This document shows positions 17,732 through 26,041 of a stretch of DNA of 33,295 nt, piece after piece. The DNA is from an uncultured Thermotogaceae bacterium (GTDB lineage Bacteria; Bipolaricaulota; Bipolaricaulia; Bipolaricaulales; Bipolaricaulaceae): contig CAYSZC010000001.1 in the NCBI GenBank assembly GCA_964435345.1, positions 1 to 33,295 of the forward strand. The letters are read 5' to 3'. How positions within the stretch are numbered: position 1 is the stretch's first letter; the number at the start of each line of letters is the position of its first letter. The notes below the pieces were generated by a model that searched no databases, was not told the DNA's origin, and saw nothing but the letters and a program-made list of their open reading frames with translations. The position numbers were made by a program, and so were the translations under genes.

Positions 17732-20700
17732 CTCGGAGGGCCAGACGGAGGTTCCTCAGTGGGGAAACCCGTCCCCACCGGGATCCTCTTCCCAACCATG
17801 AGGCACGGCTTGAGCCCATCCAGGTAGTCGTCCTCTCCGCGCAGGGCGGCGTCGGCGAGGACCTTCGTCGTGCGCTCGAACGAGGCCGCGGCGAGCCACG
17901 ACTTGCGGAGGAGCGCGGCCCGGGAAATCCGCAGTAGCTCGCGTTCCCCCTGGGGAATACGGTACTCGATCAGGCGCACGCTGCGCGGCTCTCCGTGGAG
18001 TTCGACCCGCGCCGAGCGGACCCCGAGAGCGATCGCCCGATCTAAGGTACCGCGGGTCATCTCCTCCCCGGCCTCGGCCAGGGTCGCCCCGCCCCGGGCG
18101 AGGGGGGCGAGCAGCTTGGCCCCGAGGAGTTCGTCCCGTCCGCGGCGGATCTTCTCGTTTTCCTCGGTAAGCCGCCGTACCTCAAGCTGAAAAATCTCCA
18201 ACGGCACCACGTCATTAAGGAGGAATGCAGAGTTCCCGGATTCCCCGGGATCCACCACGCGCACATTGTTCAGAATCTGTCGGATCACGACCTCGAAGTG
18301 CTTGTCGTTGATGTCCACGCCCTGGGACTTGTACACCTTCTGGAGCTCGGTCAGGAGGTACTCCCGCGTTTTCTGGACCCCAGCGACCTCCATCAGGTAG
18401 TGGGGGGGAATCACGCCCTTGGAAACCGGCTCGCCGCGCTCGACCTTGTCTCCGACCCGGACGATCGTCCCCTCGCTGCACTCCACCTGGGCCCGGTACC
18501 GGAGCCGCACCGCGGCGCGGTCGTCCGCCGTCTCCACGTGGTCCACCACGATCGCCTCACCGGGGGGGAGGCTCACCTGGAACAACTCCTTGCCCTCCCG
18601 TACCGGGGCGCCGTGCTCGACCATCGGCAGGAGGTCCGCGGTGATCGGGGCGATCACGGCCTGGCTTCCGCTCGCGATCACGGCAAGTGCCCGCTCGCCC
18701 ACGAGCACGGTCCCCGCGACCTCCGCGTGAACGACCAACGGACGGGAGCGGGTGGTGAGCTTCTTCCCCTCCTCCACGTCCTCTCCATCTTCGACCAGGA
18801 TCTGCGATCCGTAGGGGACCTCGTATTCCCGGGTCTCGCCGCGCTCTCCCCGCAGGACGATCCGCCGCGTGGTTCCTTCCTGGCGCACCTCGGCCTGGCC
18901 CGCGATCCCGGCGAGAGGGGCCTCGACGTGGTACTCCGTGGTCAGGGCGCCACCCTCGTCCACGGTCTCACGATGTCCCACCCGGACCTCGGCCTCCGCC
19001 GGCACGACGTACATCCGATCCAAGCCCCCCTCGTCGAGCACGGCGAGGTACCGATCCCCATCTTCCTCGAACACGAATGCCTTCCCGGCGATCGGGCTGC
19101 GCAGAGAGAGGAATTTCGCAGCGTCCACCTCTTCCCCTTCGGCCGCATGGAGGAGGACCCGGGGGAGGACCACCGTGTGGGGTTCAGATGTGATCTCCAC
19201 GATCTCCCGCCCGGTCCGGGTCGTCTCCATCCGGGTGATCCGTCCCGAGAGCGGGGCCACGGTGGCGTGGGCGGCCTTCGTCGTCTTGCGGGCCTCGAAC
19301 AGCTCCTCCGCGCGGGGGAGGCCCTGGGTGATGTCCAGTCCGGCCACGCCGCCGGTATGGAAGGTGCGCATCGTGAGCTGCGTGCCCGGCTCGCCGATGG
19401 ACTGGGCGGCGATCACCCCGACGGTCGTGCCGAGGTTCACGGGCCGGTGAAAGGCAAGGTCTAACCCATAGCAGGTCTGGCACATCCCACCCGGTGTCTG
19501 GCACGAAACAGGAGAGCGGATCACGATCTTCGGACGCACCGCCAGCCGACGGATCCCCGCCGTACGAAAGTCGTCGGCGAGCTCTGGAGACAGGGGTTCG
19601 CCATCCCGCACAAGAATGGATCCGGTCTCGGGGTGGTACACGTCGCCGACGACCCGGCAGTAGGCGAGGCGCGCGTCAACTCCCTCCTCGTCGAGGTCCA
19701 CATCCACCTCAAGGCTTCCCACCCGATCGGCGGTAACCCGGTCGAGCCATGCCCCTGCCTCCACCTGCACGTCCCCGGTGGTCGGGTCGCGGACTTGCTC
19801 GGCGGTCACCCGGCCGTAGATCCGCTCGGGGATGTCCTCCATCACCTCGCCCTTGGGCGCGAAATAGAGAGGGGACACTTCCACCCCTTGCCGGGTCCCA
19901 CAGTCCTCCTCCTTCACGATCGCGTCCACACACGCATCCACGAGCCGGCGGGTGAGGTACCCTGCGCTCGCGGTGCGCAGCGCGGTGTCCGCGGTGCCCT
20001 TGCGCCCTCCGTGCGTGGAGATGAAGTATTCGAGGATGGACAACCCCTCGCGGAAGTTCGAGATCACGGGCCACTCGAGAACCCGACCCTGGGGGTCGGC
20101 CATCGGTCCCCTCATCCCGGCGATCTGCTTCACCTGCCCCGACGAACCGCGCGCCCCGGAGGCCACGATGGTGTGCACCGGGTTGAACGGTTTTCGGGAG
20201 AGGTTCCCCATCGTCGCCTTCTCCACCGCATCCACCGTCTCCCGCCACACCCGGGTCACGGCGTGGTACCGCTGCTCTTCCGTAGCCATCCCGCGCGCGT
20301 ACATCTGATTGATCTGTTCTACCTGGGCCTGGGCTGCCCCCACCAAGTCGGCTTTCTCCGGAGGGATTTCGCAGTCCGGGATGGCTATGGTGAGCCCGGA
20401 CAAGGTGGCATACTTGAACCCCAGTGCCTTCAGTTCATCGAGCACCGCCGCGGCACGCTCCCAACCGTAACGGAGGTAGCACTGCTCTAACTTGCGCCGC
20501 ACCTGCCGGACGTCGAACGTCAGACCGTAGTCCCTGAGCTCGGGTGGGAGGACCTGGTTCAGGATTGCCCGCCCGAGCGTGGTTTCCACGATCTCCTCGT
20601 CCAGGCGTACCTTGATCGGGGCGTGCAGGCTAATTACCCCGTGGTCACAAGCCTTCGCCGCCTCGTCGAGCGAGCGAAACGCCTTGCCATGACCCGGGGC

Positions 20701-22659
20701 ATCCGGATCGAGGATCGTCAGATAGTAGAACCCATACACCTGGTCCTGCGTGGGGAGCGCGAGAGGACGGCCGTGGGCCGGGGACAGGGTGTTCTTGGCC
20801 GACAGCATCAACTCCCATGCCTCCTGCACCGCCTCCTTGCCCAGCGGCAGGTGAACCGCCATCTGGTCCCCATCGAAGTCGGCGTTGTAGGCCGGGCACA
20901 CGTGGGGATGGATCTGAATCGCGTCCCCGTCCACGAGCACCGGCTGGAATGCCTGGATCGAGAGACGGTGCAACGTCGGGGCTCGATTGAGAAGGACCGG
21001 GTACTCCCGAATCAGCTGATCGAGCGTGTCCCACACCTCGGGCAGTTCCCCGCCGAGGGCGTTGTTCTTGATCTCGTCGTAGTCCGAGTAGGGCAGGTTT
21101 TCCAGCCGAGATAGAATGAACGGCTTAAACAGCTCGAGGGCCATCTTCTTGGGGATCCCGCACTGGTGGATCTTGAGCTTGGGGTTGACGACGATCACCG
21201 CCCGGCCGGAGTAGTCCACCCGGCGCCCGAGGAGGTGGCGGCGCAGCCGCCCCTGCTTGCCTTGGATCCGCTCGGACAGGGACTTCAAGGGCCGGTTGTC
21301 CCGACCGCGGATCGGGTTGTCCTTCTTCTCGTTGTGGATCAGGGCATCCACCGCCTCCTGGAGCATCCGCCGCTCGTTGCGGAGGATGATCTCGGGCGCG
21401 CCCATCTCCATGAGCTTCTTCAAGCGGTTGTTGCGGTTGATGATGCGCCGATAGAGGTCGTTGAGGTCCGTGGTCGCGAACTTCCCGCCCTCGAGCTGAA
21501 TCATCGGGCGAAGCGCGGGGGGGAGCACCGGGATCACCTCGAGCACGAGGTCTTCGGGGTGGTTGCCGGATCGGCGCAGTTGGTCCACCACCTCCAGCCG
21601 GTGCAGGATCCGTCGCCGTTCCCCCTGGTTCGCGGTACGGTCGAGCTCCTCCCATAGTCCGTCCGCGAGCGCGTCCAGATTCAACGCTCCGAGGAGTCGC
21701 TTGATCCCTGCCGCCCCCGTGGCCGCCTCGAACCCTCCCGGGAAACACCGATCGTAGGCCCGCGCCTCCAACGTGGAGAGTTCCTGACCGAGGCGGAGGG
21801 GCACATTCTCTCCGACGCGCACCGCGAGGTGGACGAGGTTATCCACCACTTCTTGGATCGGACGGCCGTCCACCCCCTCGTAGCGCGCCCGGAGCATCTC
21901 GAACATGGTCTGCGAGCACAGCTCGCCCACCGGGCGTTCGCACAGGGTCTCCCCTGCCTCCACAGCGTCGCCATCCTCCACGAGAAGGTCTACATCCAAC
22001 GTCACCGGGTACTCGTGCCGGCCGACCACCACCGCCCGAAATGCCTCCCCGTTGGCCAGCTTCCGCGACTCGATCTGCGCCTCGCCCGGCTCTTCCGCGG
22101 CCACCCGGGGGGCCTTCGTCACGAGGCAGGCCCGTTCGACCTGGAACGTGAACACGGTGGACAGGATCCGGACCTCCGTGCCGTACAGGGTTTCCTCTTG
22201 CCGAATCCTGGGGGAGCCGGACTGGGTGACGATGAACAGGTCCTCACGGGTCGTCTCGGTCTCGTAGTACGCGATGCGCCTCAGGTCGCGACGTTTGATC
22301 CCGAGAAGACGGGACAGCGGGCTTGCCACCCCTTTGAGGTACCAGAAGTGCACCACCGGGCTGGCCAGGCGGATGTGGCCCATGTTCACCCGGCGCACCG
22401 CGGAGTCGGTCAACAGGACCCCGCACTTATCGCACGTGATGCCCTCGAACTTCTTGCCCCGGTACTTGCCGCACGCGCACTCGTAGTCGTTCTCGGGACC
22501 GAAGACCTCCTCGGCATAGAGCCCGCCGCGCTCCGGCTTGTGGGTCCGGTAGTTGATGGTCTCGGAGTTCGTCACCTCCCCCCGAGACCAAGACAGCATC
22601 TCCGCACTCGATGCCAGACTTAGCTTGATCCTCTCGATATCGTCCCCGGAAATGACCAC
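17728..22659 (-). CDS. rpoC: RNA polymerase subunit beta' (1643 aa, with insertions)
   Basis: N-terminal Zn site CACG...[14 protein letters not shown], catalytic [45 protein letters not shown]. Confidence 0.99.
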   Translation of the reverse strand: MVISGDDIERIKLSLASSAEMLSWSRGEVTNSETINYRTHKPERGGLYAEEVFGPENDYECACGKYRGKKFEGITCDKCGVLLTDSAVRRVNMGHIRLASPVVHFWYLKGVASPLSRLLGIKRRDLRRIAYYETETTREDLFIVTQSGSPRIRQEETLYGTEVRILSTVFTFQVERACLVTKAPRVAAEEPGEAQIESRKLANGEAFRAVVVGRHEYPVTLDVDLLVEDGDAVEAGETLCERPVGELCSQTMFEMLRARYEGVDGRPIQEVVDNLVHLAVRVGENVPLRLGQELSTLEARAYDRCFPGGFEAATGAAGIKRLLGALNLDALADGLWEELDRTANQGERRRILHRLEVVDQLRRSGNHPEDLVLEVIPVLPPALRPMIQLEGGKFATTDLNDLYRRIINRNNRLKKLMEMGAPEIILRNERRMLQEAVDALIHNEKKDNPIRGRDNRPLKSLSERIQGKQGRLRRHLLGRRVDYSGRAVIVVNPKLKIHQCGIPKKMALELFKPFILSRLENLPYSDYDEIKNNALGGELPEVWDTLDQLIREYPVLLNRAPTLHRLSIQAFQPVLVDGDAIQIHPHVCPAYNADFDGDQMAVHLPLGKEAVQEAWELMLSAKNTLSPAHGRPLALPTQDQVYGFYYLTILDPDAPGHGKAFRSLDEAAKACDHGVISLHAPIKVRLDEEIVETTLGRAILNQVLPPELRDYGLTFDVRQVRRKLEQCYLRYGWERAAAVLDELKALGFKYATLSGLTIAIPDCEIPPEKADLVGAAQAQVEQINQMYARGMATEEQRYHAVTRVWRETVDAVEKATMGNLSRKPFNPVHTIVASGARGSSGQVKQIAGMRGPMADPQGRVLEWPVISNFREGLSILEYFISTHGGRKGTADTALRTASAGYLTRRLVDACVDAIVKEEDCGTRQGVEVSPLYFAPKGEVMEDIPERIYGRVTAEQVRDPTTGDVQVEAGAWLDRVTADRVGSLEVDVDLDEEGVDARLAYCRVVGDVYHPETGSILVRDGEPLSPELADDFRTAGIRRLAVRPKIVIRSPVSCQTPGGMCQTCYGLDLAFHRPVNLGTTVGVIAAQSIGEPGTQLTMRTFHTGGVAGLDITQGLPRAEELFEARKTTKAAHATVAPLSGRITRMETTRTGREIVEITSEPHTVVLPRVLLHAAEGEEVDAAKFLSLRSPIAGKAFVFEEDGDRYLAVLDEGGLDRMYVVPAEAEVRVGHRETVDEGGALTTEYHVEAPLAGIAGQAEVRQEGTTRRIVLRGERGETREYEVPYGSQILVEDGEDVEEGKKLTTRSRPLVVHAEVAGTVLVGERALAVIASGSQAVIAPITADLLPMVEHGAPVREGKELFQVSLPPGEAIVVDHVETADDRAAVRLRYRAQVECSEGTIVRVGDKVERGEPVSKGVIPPHYLMEVAGVQKTREYLLTELQKVYKSQGVDINDKHFEVVIRQILNNVRVVDPGESGNSAFLLNDVVPLEIFQLEVRRLTEENEKIRRGRDELLGAKLLAPLARGGATLAEAGEEMTRGTLDRAIALGVRSARVELHGEPRSVRLIEYRIPQGERELLRISRAALLRKSWLAAASFERTTKVLADAALRGEDDYLDGLKPCLMVGKRIPVGTGFPTEEPPSGPPS

Positions 22660-22677
22660 GACCTATCACCTCAAGAA

Positions 22678-22905
22678 CTAGGACCCATCTGTGGAATCGC
22701 TCGATTGCCCGGCCTCCGATCTCGCCCGCCGGTAGTCGGTCGTGTAGAACCCACTGCCTTTGTAGACAACACCGAACCGCGGCAGAAGCCGCGTCACCTC
22801 GGCCGCGCCGCACCCCGGACACCGGGCCAGCGTGCGCTCCCGGAGCTGCCGGAGCTCACGAAACTCAGTGCCACAGCGGGCACAACGGTAGCGATGAATA
22901 GGCAT
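22678..22905 (-). CDS. FmdB family zinc-ribbon protein
   Basis: MP-xxx-YRC-xx-CG...CP-x-CG and KGSGFY-x-TDY; G-rich SD (GGGGGAGAGG). Confidence 0.9.
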   Translation of the reverse strand: MPIHRYRCARCGTEFRELRQLRERTLARCPGCGAAEVTRLLPRFGVVYKGSGFYTTDYRRARSEAGQSSDSTDGS

Positions 22906-22978
22906 GACCTCTCCCCCTTATTGGCTTTGCTTTACCGCCATCGGCTTCCTGGGGCGAACCCGTCGCACGAACCAGTCA

Positions 22979-23006
22979 ATTGTAAGTCCACTCAGGAGGA
23001 GATCAA
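22979..23006 (-). promoter_or_regulatory. Putative sigma70 promoter for fmdB-rpoC
   Basis: TTGATC (23006-23001), 16-nt spacer, TACAAT (22984-22979). Confidence 0.5.
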
Positions 23007-24044
23007 GGCCGCCACCTTGCCCGCCCCGATGGGAAGCCGCATCTGCCGCGTTTCCTCCTCCCACTCGCAGCGGAATCGGGCCACCCACGCGTGCTCCCGG
23101 GGAAGCCCGGCCACCTCGGCCATCCGCTCGGCGGCCGCGGCCACGATCCCGTCGCGCTCCTCCGGGGTACGCTCGCACCAACTGGCCCGGACCAGCGCCA
23201 ACGGGGAACCGGGCACGGGCACGTACAGGCGGACGTCCGTGGGCAGGAACAGAGGCTGCAGCCGCGCCTGTTCGTCCGGCCTCACGGCCACCACCACCTG
23301 CGCCCCGGGGCCCAGTCGGTACGAGTGAGCGAACCGCAACAGCTGGATCAGGTTCTCCGTGAGGTCGTCTGCGGAGCCAAGCTCCTGGAAACGAGTCACA
23401 AACCCCTCGTCGGAAAGCAGGCATTCCCGCCCATTGGTCAGCGGGTCCAGGCCTGCCGCCCGCGCCGCCGCCGCCATCCGCTCCCCAAGGTCGCCATCGT
23501 GCACGAGGTCGAGGAAAGAGGCCCGGTTCACCCCCCGCTCCTGTTCGGCCCGGGTCGGGGGCAGAAGCCGCGCCGAGAGGGGTCGCAGCACACGCCCGGC
23601 GAGCCTCGCCGCCGAATCGAGGGTAGCCAGTTCGTCCGCTCCCACCCCCCCGCGGCCCACGACTTCCCCTGTCACCACGAGATCGGCGTGAAGGCGCCGC
23701 GCCAGCCTCCCCACCCGTTCCAGGAGGAGCCAGCGGCACATCCCGCAGGGGAACGACAGGCCGTCCCCTCTCCGCCGGAGGGCGAGGAAGTCCCGCTTGA
23801 GCGTGATGGATTGGAACCGGCAGTCCCCGAAGAACCGTTGCGCCCGCAGGCCCACCTCCTCTTCCCCCGTGAAGAACGGGGACCGGAAGTAGACGAGCCG
23901 GAGATGCGTGACCCCGGCCCGCACGGCCAGCCGCACCGCCAGGGTGCTGGCCAAGCTTCCCGAGTACAAAGCCAGGGCTAGCGTCGCTCCCCCTTCACTG
24001 CCGTTACCGGCGAGGTACCACGAGGCCGTACGAACCATCCCCAC
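22992..24044 (-). CDS. ThiI/MnmA-like PP-loop tRNA-thiolase-fold protein with probable C-terminal NFACT-R (DUF814)-like domain; PP-loop degenerate; start uncertain
   Basis: ALALYSGSLASTLA (cf. SGGLDS), PCGMCR (cf. PCIDC), VTGEVVG, LRPLSARLLPPT, CLLSD-x-GF. Confidence 0.75.
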   Translation of the reverse strand: MGMVRTASWYLAGNGSEGGATLALALYSGSLASTLAVRLAVRAGVTHLRLVYFRSPFFTGEEEVGLRAQRFFGDCRFQSITLKRDFLALRRRGDGLSFPCGMCRWLLLERVGRLARRLHADLVVTGEVVGRGGVGADELATLDSAARLAGRVLRPLSARLLPPTRAEQERGVNRASFLDLVHDGDLGERMAAAARAAGLDPLTNGRECLLSDEGFVTRFQELGSADDLTENLIQLLRFAHSYRLGPGAQVVVAVRPDEQARLQPLFLPTDVRLYVPVPGSPLALVRASWCERTPEERDGIVAAAAERMAEVAGLPREHAWVARFRCEWEEETRQMRLPIGAGKVAALISS

Positions 24045-24522
24045 GGTGAAACAGGACCGCGGGCTGGTCGTCGTCGGCGCGGAAGAACACGAGGAACTCC
24101 CGTCCGCTTCGCTGAAGCTCGTGCACCGCTTCCTCCGGGGTCAGCCGCTTGCACGCGTAGTCGTCCAAGAACTCGATCTGCGGGCCGGATGGCGTCCGTC
24201 GCCCCGGAGGAGGCGCGGAGTGCCCGATCTTGCGGGACACCCGCAGACGTTCCTTGTACCGCACGAGCTGGCGCTGCAACTTGTCCACCGCCTGGTCAAC
24301 GGAGGCACGCATGTCGTTCGTCTCCACCTCGGCCTTGACCACCTTGTGGTTGACGAGGTACCCCATCATCTGCACCCGTTGCGCCGACCCCTCTACATCG
24401 AGAATGACATCCAACTTCGAAATCTTGTCGAAATAGCGAGACAGTGTCTCGACCTTCCTCGCTACGTATTCTGTCAAGGCATCCGAGTCCGAAGCGTACC
24501 GTTCCTCGATATGAAGCCTCAT
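24004..24522 (-). CDS. hpf: Ribosome hibernation promoting factor, long form (RaiA/S30AE plus C-terminal domain)
   Basis: DM-x-AS-x-D-x-A-x-DKL-x-RQL-x-RYKE and C-terminal TPEEAV...FLVF...GDGSYGL. Confidence 0.93.
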   Translation of the reverse strand: MRLHIEERYASDSDALTEYVARKVETLSRYFDKISKLDVILDVEGSAQRVQMMGYLVNHKVVKAEVETNDMRASVDQAVDKLQRQLVRYKERLRVSRKIGHSAPPPGRRTPSGPQIEFLDDYACKRLTPEEAVHELQRSGREFLVFFRADDDQPAVLFHRGDGSYGLVVPRR

Positions 24523-24550
24523 GATAGGATCTCACCCCTCATCCGCCCGC

Positions 24551-24580
24551 ATCCTACCACACTTAAGGGCGGATCGTCAA
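24551..24580 (-). promoter_or_regulatory. Putative sigma70 promoter of hpf with extended -10
   Basis: TTGACG (24580-24575), 18-nt spacer ending TGTGG, TAGGAT (24556-24551). Confidence 0.65.
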
Positions 24581-24584
24581 GGGA

Positions 24585-24600
24585 TGTGAGCTAAATCACG
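24585..24600. promoter_or_regulatory. CRP/FNR-family-like operator palindrome
   Basis: TGTGA-GCTAAA-TCACG, 9/10 match to TGTGA-N6-TCACA, 4 nt upstream of the hpf -35. Confidence 0.5.
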
Positions 24601-24601
24601 T

Positions 24602-25957
24602 TCAGTTGGGGAAAAGGCTGACAATCCGCCGGCGGAGATAGGCGATCAGGCGTCGTGTCCCCTCCGCGCCGAGCCCGGAAGCGAACCCCGAGAACGCCTC
24701 GTCCACGTACTGGCGCACCATCCCCCGGTACGTGACGCCCCGCGCCAACCGTTCACATGTAACGAGGCCCATGTCCAGCGCCGCCAGCGGCGGCTCGACG
24801 CGGAGGAGGGCCTCCGGGCAATCCACCCACGCCGCAAGTTCATACGTGGTGTAGGCGCTCGGCTCTTGTCCCACCAAGAACCCGACCAGCCGCTGCTGCA
24901 CCGGAGGAAGCCGCCTGAGGCGACGCAGGAGGCGATCCACCCGGAGGAGGACCGGCTCGGGAAGATCGGGGGTCTCCGGTACCTCCTCCTCGAGGAGGGC
25001 AACCTGCGAGCGAGGAGCGGCAGTCGGGTGGTCTTCCCAGGCGGGCGCCGTGGGGGCAGCGGAGGCGAAGGCCAGCGCCACACACGGACTGGGGTCGGTC
25101 TCGGCAAGCGAGGGGGTCATCCGCGCCCGGGCCAGCGCCTCCAGTATCCGGCCCCTGACCTGCCGCAGCTTGGGGGACTCCACCGGGCGAAACGACGGCG
25201 TGTACCCACCGTGGAACGTGTGCCGCACCCGGACCTTGACCTTCCGCGCCGCGGACCCGGACATGAAGATGCATTCCCCCACCTCGAGTTGGGACACGGT
25301 TTCCTTGGCCTCCAGCTTTCGCCAGGGGAGGAGCTCCCCGTACACGCGCATGTCCGCCTCGTGCACCACCCGATGAAGGAACAGCATCCCGGCCTGAGTC
25401 AACACGTCCTTCTCCACCTTGGCCGACCGTTGGGAGATCACCACCGCGCCCAGCCCCCGTTTCCGCCCCCGCAGGGCGATGCGGGCGATGACGTCCTTGA
25501 GACGCGTCCGCACCCCTTGGGGGATGAACTCGTGGCACTCCTCGATCCCGATCATGTACGGGGTGCGGAGCCGGCCGGCCAACGACCACACACGGGTCAG
25601 GTAGTCGAACACGAACTGCTCCCGCTCCTCGCTGAGCATGTCGGAGACGTCCAGGATCACCGGGACGCCCTCGTGGAGCGAGAGGTCGGCCACCTCTCCC
25701 GCCGTAGCCATGTTCAGTTCGACATCCGCGTGATCCCCACTGCCGACGACGAGCACCTCGTACTTCTCCTTCAAGCCAAAATACTCGCCGTCTATGTCCA
25801 CGAGGGACATCGGGTAGTGGGCCTGGAGAAGCTCCTCGAAGATGACCCCCGCCGTGTTGGACTTGCCCGACCCGCGGATGCCGAGGATGGCCACGCACTG
25901 CCCGACGACCTCTTCCAGGGGAAATGTCAGCTCGGGTCCGAGGTTGAGGACGCTCAT
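24602..25957 (-). CDS. DUF87/HerA-FtsK superfamily P-loop ATPase with Pro/Ala linker and possible winged-helix C-terminal domain
   Basis: Walker A GIRGSGKS, LVDIDGEY, Walker B IGIEECHEF, Arg-finger RGRKRG, sensor ISQR. Confidence 0.88.
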   Translation of the reverse strand: MSVLNLGPELTFPLEEVVGQCVAILGIRGSGKSNTAGVIFEELLQAHYPMSLVDIDGEYFGLKEKYEVLVVGSGDHADVELNMATAGEVADLSLHEGVPVILDVSDMLSEEREQFVFDYLTRVWSLAGRLRTPYMIGIEECHEFIPQGVRTRLKDVIARIALRGRKRGLGAVVISQRSAKVEKDVLTQAGMLFLHRVVHEADMRVYGELLPWRKLEAKETVSQLEVGECIFMSGSAARKVKVRVRHTFHGGYTPSFRPVESPKLRQVRGRILEALARARMTPSLAETDPSPCVALAFASAAPTAPAWEDHPTAAPRSQVALLEEEVPETPDLPEPVLLRVDRLLRRLRRLPPVQQRLVGFLVGQEPSAYTTYELAAWVDCPEALLRVEPPLAALDMGLVTCERLARGVTYRGMVRQYVDEAFSGFASGLGAEGTRRLIAYLRRRIVSLFPN

Positions 25958-26041
25958 CGCGCAGGCAAGTTAGCCGCGGCCGCTGTCTCCCCGCCAGGCG
26001 AGATGCCAGCGGGCGATGGGACATACGGGGCTCGACCGGCC

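Noticed and set aside
17728-22659. Intein as the cause of the long RpoC
   Set aside because: No C/S...HN-C/S/T splice junctions or LAGLIDADG motifs seen; the extra length is explained by SBHM-like repeats
22930-22975. Resemblance of the fmdB leader to a ZTP (pfl) riboswitch (CGUGCGAC...GGAAGC)
   Set aside because: It lacks the pseudoknot-forming segment and 3' GCCUGGGC hairpin, and the downstream genes are unrelated to purine/folate metabolism
24602-25957. Known HerA defence or repair system (Sir2-HerA, NurA-HerA) or conjugative VirB4/VirD4
   Set aside because: No partner nuclease, sirtuin, T4SS or mobility genes nearby, and no visible compositional shift
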